Origin: Candidatus Jorgensenbacteria bacterium
GTDB taxonomy: Bacteria; Patescibacteriota; Minisyncoccia; UBA6257; GWB1-50-10
Assembly (NCBI GenBank): GCA_043797305.1
Contig: JAZDPW010000024.1
Span: forward strand, 16,650 to 80,649
Direction of reading: 5' to 3'
Length of the DNA stretch: 64,000 nucleotides
Shown here: one piece after another, positions 9,127 to 19,191 of the stretch
Numbering within the stretch: position 1 is the stretch's first letter
How the letters are laid out: each line of letters opens with the position of its first letter
The notes under the pieces: generated by a model
The model's input: only the letters and a program-made list of their open reading frames with translations
Told to the model about the DNA's origin: nothing
The model's database searches: none
Translations under genes and position numbers: made by a program

Positions 9127-9522
9127 TCAACGCGCCAAAGCGAAAGTCGGGCTTGTTTCCAGAAGCGAAAACCACCTTCTTATTTTCCGCAGGGACGGCG
9201 ATTGCTCTCCGTCGCTTCCGGATGAACCCGAGAAAAACGGAACGGCAAGAACGGTTTTCCCTCGCAAACCGATTAGGGACGAGGAAAGAAAACCGAGAAT
9301 CAGAAAAAGAGTAAGAAGTCCGAGGTTATTGAAAACGGCGCTCGAAAAGTTCTTGAAAAAGCCGATGTGAAAAGAGGCGAAACCAAACAGGTTTTCCGGA
9401 CAGGCCGCTCCTTCCATAAGCGAGACGAGGCAGTGAGCCGAACCGTTCGCCATCACCGAAAAACCGAAAAGAGCCACCAGGAAAAAGCTCGAGAGTAAAA
9501 TAGATTTCAAAACAAACTCCAT
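9127..9522 (-). CDS. hypothetical membrane protein
   Basis: Start taken at MEFVLKSILL (the longer ORF-track start would overlap the enolase 3' end). Three hydrophobic segments and a Cys pair (SAHCLVSLMEGAACP). Confidence 0.35.
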   Translation of the reverse strand: MEFVLKSILLSSFFLVALFGFSVMANGSAHCLVSLMEGAACPENLFGFASFHIGFFKNFSSAVFNNLGLLTLFLILGFLSSSLIGLRGKTVLAVPFFSGSSGSDGEQSPSLRKIRRWFSLLETSPTFALAR

Positions 9523-9544
9523 ATCATAATTATACACCGGTTTT

Positions 9545-10741
9545 TCAGGAAAACAAACGGATGAACTCCCGAAACTTGGATAACCTTTCTCCGGCCGGGG
9601 CGCCGATTTTGACGCCGTAGGCGCCGGCTGCTTTTGCAAAATGAATCAGGAAATTGTCTTCTGTCTCCCCCGACCGGTGCGAGACAATACACTTTAATCC
9701 GTTCTCGTGGGCCACCGTCATTGCCGCGCAGGTTTCCGAAACGGTGCCGATTTGATTAGGTTTTATTATTACGCCGCCTATCATCTTCCCCGCGGCCGCC
9801 GCCTTGATGAGCTCCAGGTCGGTAACCGTAAGGTCGTCGCCTATCACCAGTTTTCCGCCGCCCGAACCCGAAGAAAGTTTCACAAAACCCGTTCCGTCGT
9901 TCTCGTCAAAGGGGTCTTCAATCGAACGAAGAAGCGGTGCCTTCCGGAAATAATCCGAATAAACACCCTCAAGTTCGCTCGAAGTGAGTTTCTTCCTCTC
10001 AAAAACGTAATAACCTCCTTCATAAAAACTCGAGGCAGCGGCATCAAGTCCGAGAGAGAATTCTCCGGCAAGACCGTTTTTCTCTATTTCCCCGCCCAAG
10101 AGTTCAATCGGCTCGAAGTTGTTCTTAAAGTCCAGGGAATAACCGTTTTCATCGCCGAGCTTCAGGTTCGGCAAGCCGTACCGCTCTTTCAGGGTTTGCC
10201 CCACCGATTCGTAAAGTCCCGAAAGCTTGCGGCAGGTTTCGGCAACTTTCCCCTTCGACTCGGCCACGACCAAAAATTCCTGGATATCGAGGTTGCTCTC
10301 GGCATGAACGCCACCCTCGATGAAATTGGAAAAAATCCGGGGCGGTTCCGATTCGGCACTGCGGGGGAAAAACTCGCTTCTTAACGTCTGCCAAAGCTCA
10401 AGCCCGTTTCCGCCCGCAAGAGCGCGGGCGAAAGCGAGCGACAAGCCAAGCATCAGATTCCCGCCGAGCTTGGCTTTGTTCGGCGTTCCGTCGAGAACGA
10501 TAAGAAATCCGTCAAACTCCTTGATATTCCCGAAATCTTTTCCGACAAGCTTTTCCTCTATGTTTTTGAGAGCTTTTTTCGCTTCATCCGGCGGCAAAAC
10601 CGCCGCCTCCCGGCTGCCGCGGCTCTTCCCGGAAGGGATTTGGGCGAAAAATTCGCCGCCCCCGGCTTTAATTCCGACTTCAATCGTCGGCTCTCCCCGA
10701 GAATCCGATATTCGTTTTAAAATTACGTCGTCAATTTTCAT
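9545..10741 (-). CDS. eno: enolase (phosphopyruvate hydratase), short form
   Basis: N-terminal ISDSRGEPTIEV (cf. LDSRGNPTVEV), SHRSGETED, IKPNQIGT. 398 aa. Confidence 0.9.
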   Translation of the reverse strand: MKIDDVILKRISDSRGEPTIEVGIKAGGGEFFAQIPSGKSRGSREAAVLPPDEAKKALKNIEEKLVGKDFGNIKEFDGFLIVLDGTPNKAKLGGNLMLGLSLAFARALAGGNGLELWQTLRSEFFPRSAESEPPRIFSNFIEGGVHAESNLDIQEFLVVAESKGKVAETCRKLSGLYESVGQTLKERYGLPNLKLGDENGYSLDFKNNFEPIELLGGEIEKNGLAGEFSLGLDAAASSFYEGGYYVFERKKLTSSELEGVYSDYFRKAPLLRSIEDPFDENDGTGFVKLSSGSGGGKLVIGDDLTVTDLELIKAAAAGKMIGGVIIKPNQIGTVSETCAAMTVAHENGLKCIVSHRSGETEDNFLIHFAKAAGAYGVKIGAPAGERLSKFREFIRLFS

Positions 10742-10743
10742 TC

Positions 10744-12144
10744 CTATGTTATTTTATCGGCAATAATCCTGACTGCAAAGTAAATGTAGAAAACGGCCGC
10801 AAAAATCATGACGACATTCACGAGCAAATTCGGCCTTAATTCTTTCGGCAAACGCCGATTGTTCAAAAAGATAATGAGAGGGGTGTAAATCGCCATTACG
10901 AATCCACCCAGAACGGCGCTTATGGTTAAGAGAACCAGGGGCTGCTCCAGAGGAATTAAGAGAGCGTTCAAGACGACGATTCCGACAATAAGACCGTAAT
11001 AAAGCTGACTCAAAGAAAGTTTTTTAAACCAGGAAAAATATTTTTCGAAAGGACCGGTGCGAGAATTAACGAATAAAATGTCGCTTACGATTCGGGTGAA
11101 GGCGTCTATTACGGTCCACATTACTGAAAAAAGCATCAGGAAAGCCATTACCAGAAAGACGTTGAATCCTATTTTCCCCCAGTGCTCGCCGAAAATATGC
11201 GCCTGGACGACGGCTACGTTAAGACCCTCGGGCACGAGACCGAGCGGCGTAAGAACGACATAAGCGTTGATGCTAAGAAGAAGAAGCGTAATCAAACCCA
11301 AAAACCAGAAAATAACACCCTGGTCAATGAGCACGTAGCGCATCCAGGCACGCCAGCGTTTGATATTTTCTCGGCTCGGATTAAAAGCGTAACCGGTAGC
11401 CGCAACCGCTTCCGGCCTCGCCGTAATCGGATTGATTATCCGCCCGACATAATGACCCATGCCGGCTTGCTTGTCCCGATACCAAAGCGAAGTGCAAAGA
11501 TTTAAGAGACCGCCGGCGCCGGCAAAAACAATGGCACCCAAGAAAACACCCAAATCAATGCCTTCCGGAATCCAGCCGAAGTTCAGGGCTCCCTTCAGGC
11601 CGGCAAGAAGAGAGCTTCCATCAAGCGTGAAAAAACTTATTGCAAGCAACAAAACAAAAAAAGCGGGTACGGTGATTTTGAGTGTTTTTTCCAAAACAAC
11701 GTAAGCAATCCGGCCGGCAAAAGTCAGAACCAAAACCAAGCCGAGAGTTGCCCAAGCCCAATGAAGATAGCTGCCGAAACCGAAAAGTTCGCGAAGAGTC
11801 GTGCCCATGGCCGCCGCCCAGCCGGGCCAGATGTAGAGAAGAATTGCCGAAACCAGCCAGAAAGGAACGAGCCACTTCCAAGATCGGGCGGAAGTGGTGA
11901 AAAAACTTTCGCCGGTCGCCAAAGCGTGGCGAGCCACTTCATAGTTTATGAAAAACTGGAGAGTGATGCCCAAAACCGCGGCCCACAAAAGACCAAGACC
12001 GTATTTGGTGACAAGATGCGGCCACATGATAAGTTCGCCCGTGCCGATGGCAAGACCCATAACGACAATGCCGACGCCAATAGACCTGCTCCAATGAGGC
12101 GCCGGCGGCAAGTCTCTGATTTGCAGGGGCGTATATTCGCTCAT
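10744..12144 (-). CDS. polytopic membrane transporter, possibly Nramp-related divalent-cation transporter
   Basis: 466 aa with about 11 predicted TM helices. N-terminal GxGxL...P segment is reminiscent of Nramp TM1, but the DPGN signature is absent, so the family call is weak. Confidence 0.3.
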   Translation of the reverse strand: MSEYTPLQIRDLPPAPHWSRSIGVGIVVMGLAIGTGELIMWPHLVTKYGLGLLWAAVLGITLQFFINYEVARHALATGESFFTTSARSWKWLVPFWLVSAILLYIWPGWAAAMGTTLRELFGFGSYLHWAWATLGLVLVLTFAGRIAYVVLEKTLKITVPAFFVLLLAISFFTLDGSSLLAGLKGALNFGWIPEGIDLGVFLGAIVFAGAGGLLNLCTSLWYRDKQAGMGHYVGRIINPITARPEAVAATGYAFNPSRENIKRWRAWMRYVLIDQGVIFWFLGLITLLLLSINAYVVLTPLGLVPEGLNVAVVQAHIFGEHWGKIGFNVFLVMAFLMLFSVMWTVIDAFTRIVSDILFVNSRTGPFEKYFSWFKKLSLSQLYYGLIVGIVVLNALLIPLEQPLVLLTISAVLGGFVMAIYTPLIIFLNNRRLPKELRPNLLVNVVMIFAAVFYIYFAVRIIADKIT

Positions 12145-13136
12145 TTCACCAGATTCACCGGCTTACCCGCTAAAAATCCTTCGATGTTCTCGAGTGTCTT
12201 TGCGAGAATCCTTTCCACTGCTTCCTGGGAATTGAAGGCGGTATGCGGCGTTATCAAGACATTGGGCATCCGCATCAAGACATGGTCCTCGAGCATCACT
12301 TTCATTTCTTCGGAGTCGCGTTTTTCTCTCGCAAAAACCATTTCCTCTTTGACTTCCACTTCTTCTTCAAGAACATCCAATCCTGCCCCAGCCAAAATCC
12401 CCTCCTGGAGAGCCAAAACCAGAGCTTCCGTTTCCACGATGCCGCCCCGGGCGGTATTTACCAGATACGCTCCCTTTTTAATGAGGCGGACGTTGTCTTT
12501 GTTGATGAGGTGATGGGTTTCTTTCGTATAGGGGCAGTGAATGGTGATGACGTCGCTTGAAGATAAGAGTTTTTCAAGCGGGATATATTCGTAACCCTGC
12601 TCTTTGGCGAATTTCTCGTCCGGATAGACATCGGTCGCAACCACTTTCATTCCGAAACCTTTGGCGATTTTTATCGCCTCCTTGCCGATGCGGCCGGTGC
12701 CGACAACACCGAGCGTTTTCCCCTTCAAGTCCGTCCCCCTCAAACCCTCAAACTGAAAAGAGCCCGTTTCTTTTATCCGGTCCACGGCGGCGTAAATTTT
12801 CCGGGTGAGATTCAAAATGAGGCCGAAAGCGAATTCGGCAACGGTATTATCGCCGTAGCCGGGCACGTAAGCGACCGGAATGTTGCGCTTTTTGCAGGCC
12901 TCGAGGTCGATGTGGTCAAAACCGGTGGAACGGGTGGTAAGAAACTTCAGATTCGGAAAATGCCCCAGAACTTTGTCCGTCACCCGCGAGCTACCGAAAA
13001 CGGAAATAATTTCAAACGAGTTATCCTCGGGAAGATTGTCTTCGTTCAGCGTTTCCTTACTCAAATAAACGTCGCCGAGGCGCTTCTTGATTACTTCTTC
13101 CTCCCATCCTTCAATTTCAAAAAAAGCAATCTTCAT
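12141..13136 (-). CDS. D-isomer-specific 2-hydroxyacid dehydrogenase (glycerate/hydroxypyruvate or phosphoglycerate dehydrogenase family)
   Basis: NAD-binding GVVGTGRIGKEAIKIAKGFGMKV. Catalytic R...E...H pattern (NTARGGIVE, PHTA). 331 aa. Confidence 0.85.
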   Translation of the reverse strand: MKIAFFEIEGWEEEVIKKRLGDVYLSKETLNEDNLPEDNSFEIISVFGSSRVTDKVLGHFPNLKFLTTRSTGFDHIDLEACKKRNIPVAYVPGYGDNTVAEFAFGLILNLTRKIYAAVDRIKETGSFQFEGLRGTDLKGKTLGVVGTGRIGKEAIKIAKGFGMKVVATDVYPDEKFAKEQGYEYIPLEKLLSSSDVITIHCPYTKETHHLINKDNVRLIKKGAYLVNTARGGIVETEALVLALQEGILAGAGLDVLEEEVEVKEEMVFAREKRDSEEMKVMLEDHVLMRMPNVLITPHTAFNSQEAVERILAKTLENIEGFLAGKPVNLVK

Positions 13137-13252
13137 ATGTATCTATTATACAACTTATCTAAAAATCTTTCGGAAGAATATCCTCACCTTAAATATAAAG
13201 CTTTGCCACAACGTGCGACCAAGGTAGAAGTATTTTTTGAGATACCAGAGGT

Positions 13253-15019
13253 TCATAAAAATTCCGCTTTATAGCACGCATCGCAATAAATAATTTCCGG
13301 TTTCTCGGGCGCAAATGTAGTTTCGAACTCGTTCGTGCACCGTCCATTATGACCGTGCCCAACACTCTCACACATACAAGCTCTATGCCAAAGACGAAAA
13401 CCGTTCCGCCAGGAAAACCGTTCGGCAAGCCGGCAATTCGGGCAGAGCCGCGGCAGAGTAATATTCATATCGCGGTAGAACGCCAACTCTTCCGCGGTAA
13501 TGCGGAATGCGGTTACACACTGGTCGGCGCAGGTGCCTTTATGGGCGCAACCAATAGTCTCTTTCGTAATGGAATCACCAACATCCCGAATGTGATCGGG
13601 TAATTCCTCCGGTACCAACGTTATCTCATATGACCGCCGTTCCGGTTCACGCCATTGCCATCCTTCGGCAAGCGTTTCCGCTTTCGTTTTCGGGTACCAC
13701 GGGAATGCGAAGGTTTCATTATAGGCATATGCAGAAAGCTCGATCGGGAAAAATTCGCCGTATTTGTAGATACGTCCCTTCTTATCGCGATACGGCACCT
13801 CATCCATTTGCCGCCGGATGCGCCCGATAAGCTGTTCGTATTTTTCTTTCGTATACTGTTTGTTCAAGATGCAGTGTTTCTTGTTCCGCATGCTGATACA
13901 CCCGAACATATCCGACGAACCGACTACCCAATCGCAATACCATACGTCGTGGCTCCGGCCGCCCCCCGCTGAAAAGAATATTCGTTGATTGTTGCCGGTG
14001 ATAGCCATGGTTTCGTACATCAATTCCGAAGTGTCCCCGCCCCCACTCACATCGTAGCTGTCCTTCAAATTTAATCCCCCGAAAAACAGGTATTTGCAGT
14101 TTTCCACGCCATCAAGCGCTGAAAAGCAGGTCTTGCAATTTTTCGCGTCGCGAATGATGTCACCGGTTACGTTTTGGCTATTCAGCACGTGAGCGGGGCG
14201 GTGCGGGGTTGCAAGATACAACTCCCGGAATTTTTTCTTGGCTTCCTGTAATTTTTTATAACTCCCCAAATCCCACGCCGTGAGGCGGGTTCGATATTCT
14301 TCTTTTGAGAATTGCTTGTTGAAAAGGCAATACTTTTTCTTGCGGAGATTCACGCACCCGAAGCAGTCCGAGCAACCAACGCAGTTATAAAGAAACGAAG
14401 AATCAAGACATTCATCGGAGAAATACCCGTACCGAACCCGATACATCCGGTTCGAGTGGAGAACTTCGTAGACGGAGTCAGAATTGTCGGCTACATAACA
14501 ATCGAAGGCGTTCCGAGAAAGGAGGAGGGCGTAGCAATTCTGCGCATCTTCTGAAAAATAAGACCAAAATACATTGAAGCAATTTTTCAAGTTTACCGAA
14601 GCGTGGGAGAAATCGCTGTTAATAATATTCGTTGCTCCTGTTAGGGCCGGACGCGGCACCGCCTCCATAAGACGCCGATATTGCTCAAAGAACGGTTTCT
14701 TGAAATCATAATCCCGGCCGTAATCCATGGGATCCCATTTATCGGATATGTAGCACTCGCGACAGTACACCGTAAAAGGTCCACCGGGGGCGTGAATTGT
14801 GATAATCGGCTTGCCACACAGGTCACACTTACGGCGATACAAAGAAATATATTCCCGCCACGCCATCCGGCGCATGTTCCGGCACTCCGGGCAAAACGTC
14901 GGCGGCGGGACATCAACTTTCCTGTAGAAATCAAAATCTTGAGCGTCAATGTTAAATGATGCTTTGCAATTTTGACAAACTTTTGTTTCAGAAGCAGACA
15001 TAATTCTTATGTAAAACAA
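13253..15019 (-). CDS. cysteine-rich protein with repeated zinc-ribbon-like CxxC modules, function unknown
   Basis: 588 aa with more than 30 Cys. Repeated module NCxGCSDCFGCVNLRKKKYCLFNKQFSKEEY / MFGCISMRNKKHCILNKQYTKEKY, plus N- and C-terminal CxxC pairs. Confidence 0.5.
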   Translation of the reverse strand: MFYIRIMSASETKVCQNCKASFNIDAQDFDFYRKVDVPPPTFCPECRNMRRMAWREYISLYRRKCDLCGKPIITIHAPGGPFTVYCRECYISDKWDPMDYGRDYDFKKPFFEQYRRLMEAVPRPALTGATNIINSDFSHASVNLKNCFNVFWSYFSEDAQNCYALLLSRNAFDCYVADNSDSVYEVLHSNRMYRVRYGYFSDECLDSSFLYNCVGCSDCFGCVNLRKKKYCLFNKQFSKEEYRTRLTAWDLGSYKKLQEAKKKFRELYLATPHRPAHVLNSQNVTGDIIRDAKNCKTCFSALDGVENCKYLFFGGLNLKDSYDVSGGGDTSELMYETMAITGNNQRIFFSAGGGRSHDVWYCDWVVGSSDMFGCISMRNKKHCILNKQYTKEKYEQLIGRIRRQMDEVPYRDKKGRIYKYGEFFPIELSAYAYNETFAFPWYPKTKAETLAEGWQWREPERRSYEITLVPEELPDHIRDVGDSITKETIGCAHKGTCADQCVTAFRITAEELAFYRDMNITLPRLCPNCRLAERFSWRNGFRLWHRACMCESVGHGHNGRCTNEFETTFAPEKPEIIYCDACYKAEFL

Positions 15020-15194
15020 GCGAAATCCTGAGCGAAGGCGAAGGGCTCCAGCTCAATCGTGAACGATTTTTTACAATTCTGACACCGTTTATTCTCCGAA
15101 ATCATCAACTAAAATTATACCACCGTGTTCACCAAACCCATTAAGACCTGTTTACGATAAATACTCGCCATTTATCGTGTTAAATCAAGAAGAC

Positions 15195-15222
15195 GGGGTG
15201 TTATGACATGTCATAACACCCC
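15195..15222. repeat. 28-bp perfect palindrome GGGGTGTTATGACATGTCATAACACCCC; on the minus strand it also acts as the ppsA terminator stem
   Basis: Read directly. On the minus strand it is followed by a T-rich tract, 35 nt after the ppsA stop. Confidence 0.8.
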
Positions 15223-15254
15223 GTGAAGCCTTGTTTTTTTCCGCTTACTTTGCC

Positions 15255-17627
15255 CTACTCTACTTTTTTGATGGCGACAATTGTCCTGATAACCGTATCG
15301 GGGTTCAGGGAAATGCTTTCGATTTTTTCCTTGACCAGGAATTTGGCGAACTCCGGAAAATCGCTGGGCGCCTGGCCGCAGATGCCGATGTACTTTTTCC
15401 GCTTGCGGCACTTTTCGATAACTTTGCTTACCATTTCTTTCACCGCCGGGGAATTCTCGTTCCCGATGCGGGCGACGATTCCCGAATCCCGGTCGAGGCC
15501 TAAGACGAGCTGGGTTAAATCATTCGAACCGATGGACATACCGTCGCAAACATCCAAAAATTCGTCGGCAAGAGACACGTTCGAGGGAATTTCGCACATT
15601 ATATAAACCTTCAGGCCGTCTTTGCCCCGCCGCAGGCCGTTTTTCGCCATCACCGCCAAGACTTTTTTGGCTTCTTCCGGCGTCCGACAGAAAGGAATCA
15701 TGGCGACGGCGTTTTTCAAACCGAACTTCTCGCGCACCCGCCGCAACGCCTTGCATTCCAAGCCGAAGGCTTCTTCGAATTTCGGGTCATAATAGCGCGA
15801 AGCGCCCCGCCAGCCGAGCATCGGATTTTCCTCGGCGGGCTCGTAAAGTTCGCCGCCGATGAGTTTTCTGTATTCGTTCGTCTTGAAATCCGAAAAGCGG
15901 ATTATCGCCTCCTCCGGGTAAAAGGCGGCGGCAATTTTGGCGACGCCTTCAGAGAGCTCGTCGACGTAAAACTGGGTTTTGTTCCGATAACCCGGCGTCA
16001 GGGAATCTATTTTGGCAATCAGCTTTTTATCTTTAATTTTCTTGTAGTCAATGAGCGCGTTCGGGTGAATTCTGATGTGCGATGCAATGATAAATTCCAG
16101 CCGGCCCAGACCCACTCCCTTGACCGGCAAGTAATGATTTTTGAAAGCTTCGTCCGGCGAGCCGATGTTTACCATCACCTTGGTTCTCGTCTTCGGAATT
16201 TTGTCCAGGTGGTGCTCCAAAACCTCAAATGGGACTTTGCCGGAGTAAACCAACCCCTCGCCGCTCGAGACGCAGTCGACGGTGATGACCGCTCCGGTCT
16301 TGAGCTTCCTTGTCGCGTTTTCCGTCCCGACCACGCAGGGAATGCCGAGCTCGCGCGAGACGATTGCCGCATGCGATGTCCTCCCACCCTTGTCGGTCAC
16401 GATGGCCGAGGCAATTTTCATAATCGGCTCCCAGTCCGGGTCGGTAATGTCGGTTACGAGCACCTCGTCCTTTTTGAATTTTCCGATGTCTTTGACGTCT
16501 TTTATGATTTTTGTCCGGCCGGATGCGATTTTCGTGCCGACGGCAACGCCGGAGACAAGAACTTTCCCCTTTCCCTTAAGATGATATTCGAGATAAAGCT
16601 TCTTTTTGCCCAGGGAGTGGACCGTCTCCGGTCTCGCTTGAAGAATGAAAAGTTCTTTCGTCTTGCCGTCCTTCGCCCACTCGATGTCCATCGGCTGGTA
16701 ATGTCTGTAAACGCGGGAGAAATATTTTTCTATAATCATGCTCCACTCGGCGAGTTTGATAATTTCCGCTTCGTTCAAGGAAAAGGAGTTCCTGTCGCGG
16801 GCGGAAACTTCCGCCAGCTTCGTGCCCGTCTTTCCGTAAACGAGTTTTATGTTTTTGGGGCCCAGGTTTTTCGCAATAACCGGATGAAAACCCTCCTCAA
16901 GCGTCGGTTTGAAAACGATAAATTCGTCCGGCGTCACTTTCCCCTGGACAACCATCTCACCCAAACCGTAGGAAGAGTTTATGATAATAACCTTGTCGAA
17001 ACCGGTTTCGGTGTCGATTGTAAAAATAACGCCCGATGAAGCGATGTCCGAACGAATCATTCTCTGAACGCCGACCGAAAGCGCTACGTCAAAGTGGGAA
17101 AATCCCTTATCGGCCCGGTAAGAAATCGCCCGGTCGGTGAAAAGCGAAGCGATGCATTTCCTTACGGCTATTGCGAGTTCCTCTTCGCCTCGAACGTTCA
17201 AATACGTTTCTTGCTGGCCGGCGAAAGAAGCGCCGGGCAAATCCTCCGCCGTTGCGGAAGAGCGGACCGCCACATCAACTCCCTTGCTGTACTTTTTTTC
17301 CATCCGGCGGTAAGCCAGATTGATTTCCTTGGTTATTTCCTTCGGCAAAACAAGCGACAAAATAAGCGTCCGAATCATCCGGCCGCGCTTTTTCAAATCG
17401 TTGACGTTTTTGAGGTTTAAACCCTTTAGAATCTCCTTAATTTTGAGGTCGGCTCCGTTTTCCTTGAGGAAAAAACGGTAAGCGGCGGCGGTAAGAGCAA
17501 AACCGTTGGGAATTTTCACCCCGAGTTTTGTAAGGTGGGAATACATCTCGCCTAGGGCGGCGTTTTTGCCGCCGACTTTCGGCACGTCTTTCATTCCAAT
17601 TTTCGAAAACGGGAGGATAAATTTCAT
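15255..17627 (-). CDS. ppsA: phosphoenolpyruvate synthase (pyruvate, water dikinase)
   Basis: 790 aa. N-terminal ATP-grasp nucleotide-binding domain, central phosphohistidine swivel GGRTSHAAIVSRELGIPCVVG, C-terminal PEP-utilizing TIM domain. Confidence 0.85.
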   Translation of the reverse strand: MKFILPFSKIGMKDVPKVGGKNAALGEMYSHLTKLGVKIPNGFALTAAAYRFFLKENGADLKIKEILKGLNLKNVNDLKKRGRMIRTLILSLVLPKEITKEINLAYRRMEKKYSKGVDVAVRSSATAEDLPGASFAGQQETYLNVRGEEELAIAVRKCIASLFTDRAISYRADKGFSHFDVALSVGVQRMIRSDIASSGVIFTIDTETGFDKVIIINSSYGLGEMVVQGKVTPDEFIVFKPTLEEGFHPVIAKNLGPKNIKLVYGKTGTKLAEVSARDRNSFSLNEAEIIKLAEWSMIIEKYFSRVYRHYQPMDIEWAKDGKTKELFILQARPETVHSLGKKKLYLEYHLKGKGKVLVSGVAVGTKIASGRTKIIKDVKDIGKFKKDEVLVTDITDPDWEPIMKIASAIVTDKGGRTSHAAIVSRELGIPCVVGTENATRKLKTGAVITVDCVSSGEGLVYSGKVPFEVLEHHLDKIPKTRTKVMVNIGSPDEAFKNHYLPVKGVGLGRLEFIIASHIRIHPNALIDYKKIKDKKLIAKIDSLTPGYRNKTQFYVDELSEGVAKIAAAFYPEEAIIRFSDFKTNEYRKLIGGELYEPAEENPMLGWRGASRYYDPKFEEAFGLECKALRRVREKFGLKNAVAMIPFCRTPEEAKKVLAVMAKNGLRRGKDGLKVYIMCEIPSNVSLADEFLDVCDGMSIGSNDLTQLVLGLDRDSGIVARIGNENSPAVKEMVSKVIEKCRKRKKYIGICGQAPSDFPEFAKFLVKEKIESISLNPDTVIRTIVAIKKVE

Positions 17628-17631
17628 GATT

Positions 17632-18957
17632 TTATTCTTTTAGGGCGATTATCAAATCGGAAACGTTGGAACCGGTCTTGCCGGTCGAAATCTGGTCACC
17701 TGAGGCGGCAAAAAAGTTGTAAGAGTCGTGTTCCTCGAGATACTTTTCCGGCTTGAGGCCCTTTTCCTTCGCTTTTTCTCTCGTTATTTTATCACAAATC
17801 GCGCCAGCCATATCGGTGTTGTCTTCCCCGTCGGAAGCGAGGGCCACAACCGCTTCCCCGCTTTCAATAAACCGGAGAGCCGAGAGAGCGAGCTCCTGAT
17901 TCCGGCCGCCCAACCCTGTTGGGCGAGCCTCGCCCCACTGGGGCGGGCCGCCTTGCCACAAGACCACCGTCGTCTCTCCGCCGTAAAGTAAAATCATGCC
18001 GCTTGCCGCCCGGTGGAGTTCTTCAACCAAATTCTTGCCGACCTCGCTCGCCTCGCCCTGAAGATTGGAACTGCGGATAGCCGGGGCATACCCGAGTTTT
18101 TCCGCCTCCGCCGCCATCGCCTCAAGAGCGATTTTGTTGGAGACGAAAAGAATATTGGAAACTCTTTCGAAATACTTCTTTTCTTTCGGAGTTTCGATGA
18201 GGCTGTTTTGGGAAATGCCGCAATTTTCCCAAGCCTTGTATTTTGTCAAAATTCTTTCGGCGTCCCCAACCGTTGTCGCATCGGGCACTGTCGGACCGGA
18301 TGCCACAAAGCTTAAATCATTCCCCGGCACGTCAGAAAAAATCAAAGCCACGACTTCCGACGGATAGGCGTACTTCGCCAAGTTTCCGCCCCTGGCGAGA
18401 GAAATGTGTTTTCTTACCGTATTTACTTCTTCTATAGTAGCTCCTCCGGAGTAAAGGCATTTAATAAGTTCAGCCTCGGCCGCGCAGGTGTGCTCCTTCG
18501 GCTGGCAAAGTAGGGTGGAGCCGCCGCCGGATATGAGAAAAATTATCAGGTCGTCTTTCTCCGATTTTTCCAGAAGCTTTATGACTTCTTTCGTGGCGCT
18601 GACGTTCTCTTCGGTAGGCAGAGGGTGGGTGCCGGAAAAAGTCCTGATTTTCTCGAGTTTTCCCTTGCGAAGGTCTATCACCACGCCGTCCGTAATTTTG
18701 TCTTTCAGAACCTTCTGAAGGGCCCCGGCGGCTTCGAGCGAACACTTGCCGACACCGACGACAAAGATCCTTTTCCCTTGTTCCAAATCAAAAAACCTGT
18801 CTCCGATTTTGAGTTCATTGCCCCGGAGACCGATTTTTTCGGCCACCACTCTTTCGGTATCAATTGCCTCCAGGCCGGCTTCGGCAATTTGAAGAAGGCG
18901 TTCTCGGGTAGGGCTTACCGCGAGCGCCTTGGAGTTTTTTATTTTCATTCCTTTCAT
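17632..18957 (-). CDS. glycerate 2-kinase, MOFRL family
   Basis: 441 aa. Conserved IFLISGGGSTL (MOFRL LISGGGSAL motif) and C-terminal domain. Confidence 0.7.
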   Translation of the reverse strand: MKGMKIKNSKALAVSPTRERLLQIAEAGLEAIDTERVVAEKIGLRGNELKIGDRFFDLEQGKRIFVVGVGKCSLEAAGALQKVLKDKITDGVVIDLRKGKLEKIRTFSGTHPLPTEENVSATKEVIKLLEKSEKDDLIIFLISGGGSTLLCQPKEHTCAAEAELIKCLYSGGATIEEVNTVRKHISLARGGNLAKYAYPSEVVALIFSDVPGNDLSFVASGPTVPDATTVGDAERILTKYKAWENCGISQNSLIETPKEKKYFERVSNILFVSNKIALEAMAAEAEKLGYAPAIRSSNLQGEASEVGKNLVEELHRAASGMILLYGGETTVVLWQGGPPQWGEARPTGLGGRNQELALSALRFIESGEAVVALASDGEDNTDMAGAICDKITREKAKEKGLKPEKYLEEHDSYNFFAASGDQISTGKTGSNVSDLIIALKE

Positions 18958-18969
18958 TATACCAATTGC

Positions 18970-19191
18970 TTACCAACTGGTTATTTTCCACTGAACCCGG
19001 CCGATAATGCCGTTTTTCAGGCGGACTTTGATGCCGCGCGGATGACTCGCCCCGGGACTCAAAACTTCATCCACGAACCCTTGGGTGTAATTTTTCGTTC
19101 CGTAATTCTTTTTTTCGATAATCCAGACAAAATCTCCCGGGTGAATCTCGCTGCGCTTCGGCGGCTTAGAATTATCAGTCGAGTTTCTCAT
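18970..19191 (-). CDS. YwbE/DUF2196-like small conserved protein
   Basis: 73 aa. C-terminal HPRGIKVRLKNGIIGRV matches the HprGI.V.L..G..GRV signature of the YwbE family. Confidence 0.5.
   Translation of the reverse strand: MRNSTDNSKPPKRSEIHPGDFVWIIEKKNYGTKNYTQGFVDEVLSPGASHPRGIKVRLKNGIIGRVQWKITSW

Noticed and set aside
16065-17039. 324-aa plus-strand ORF inside ppsA
   Set aside because: Antisense to a well-supported 790-aa PEP synthase. No motifs.
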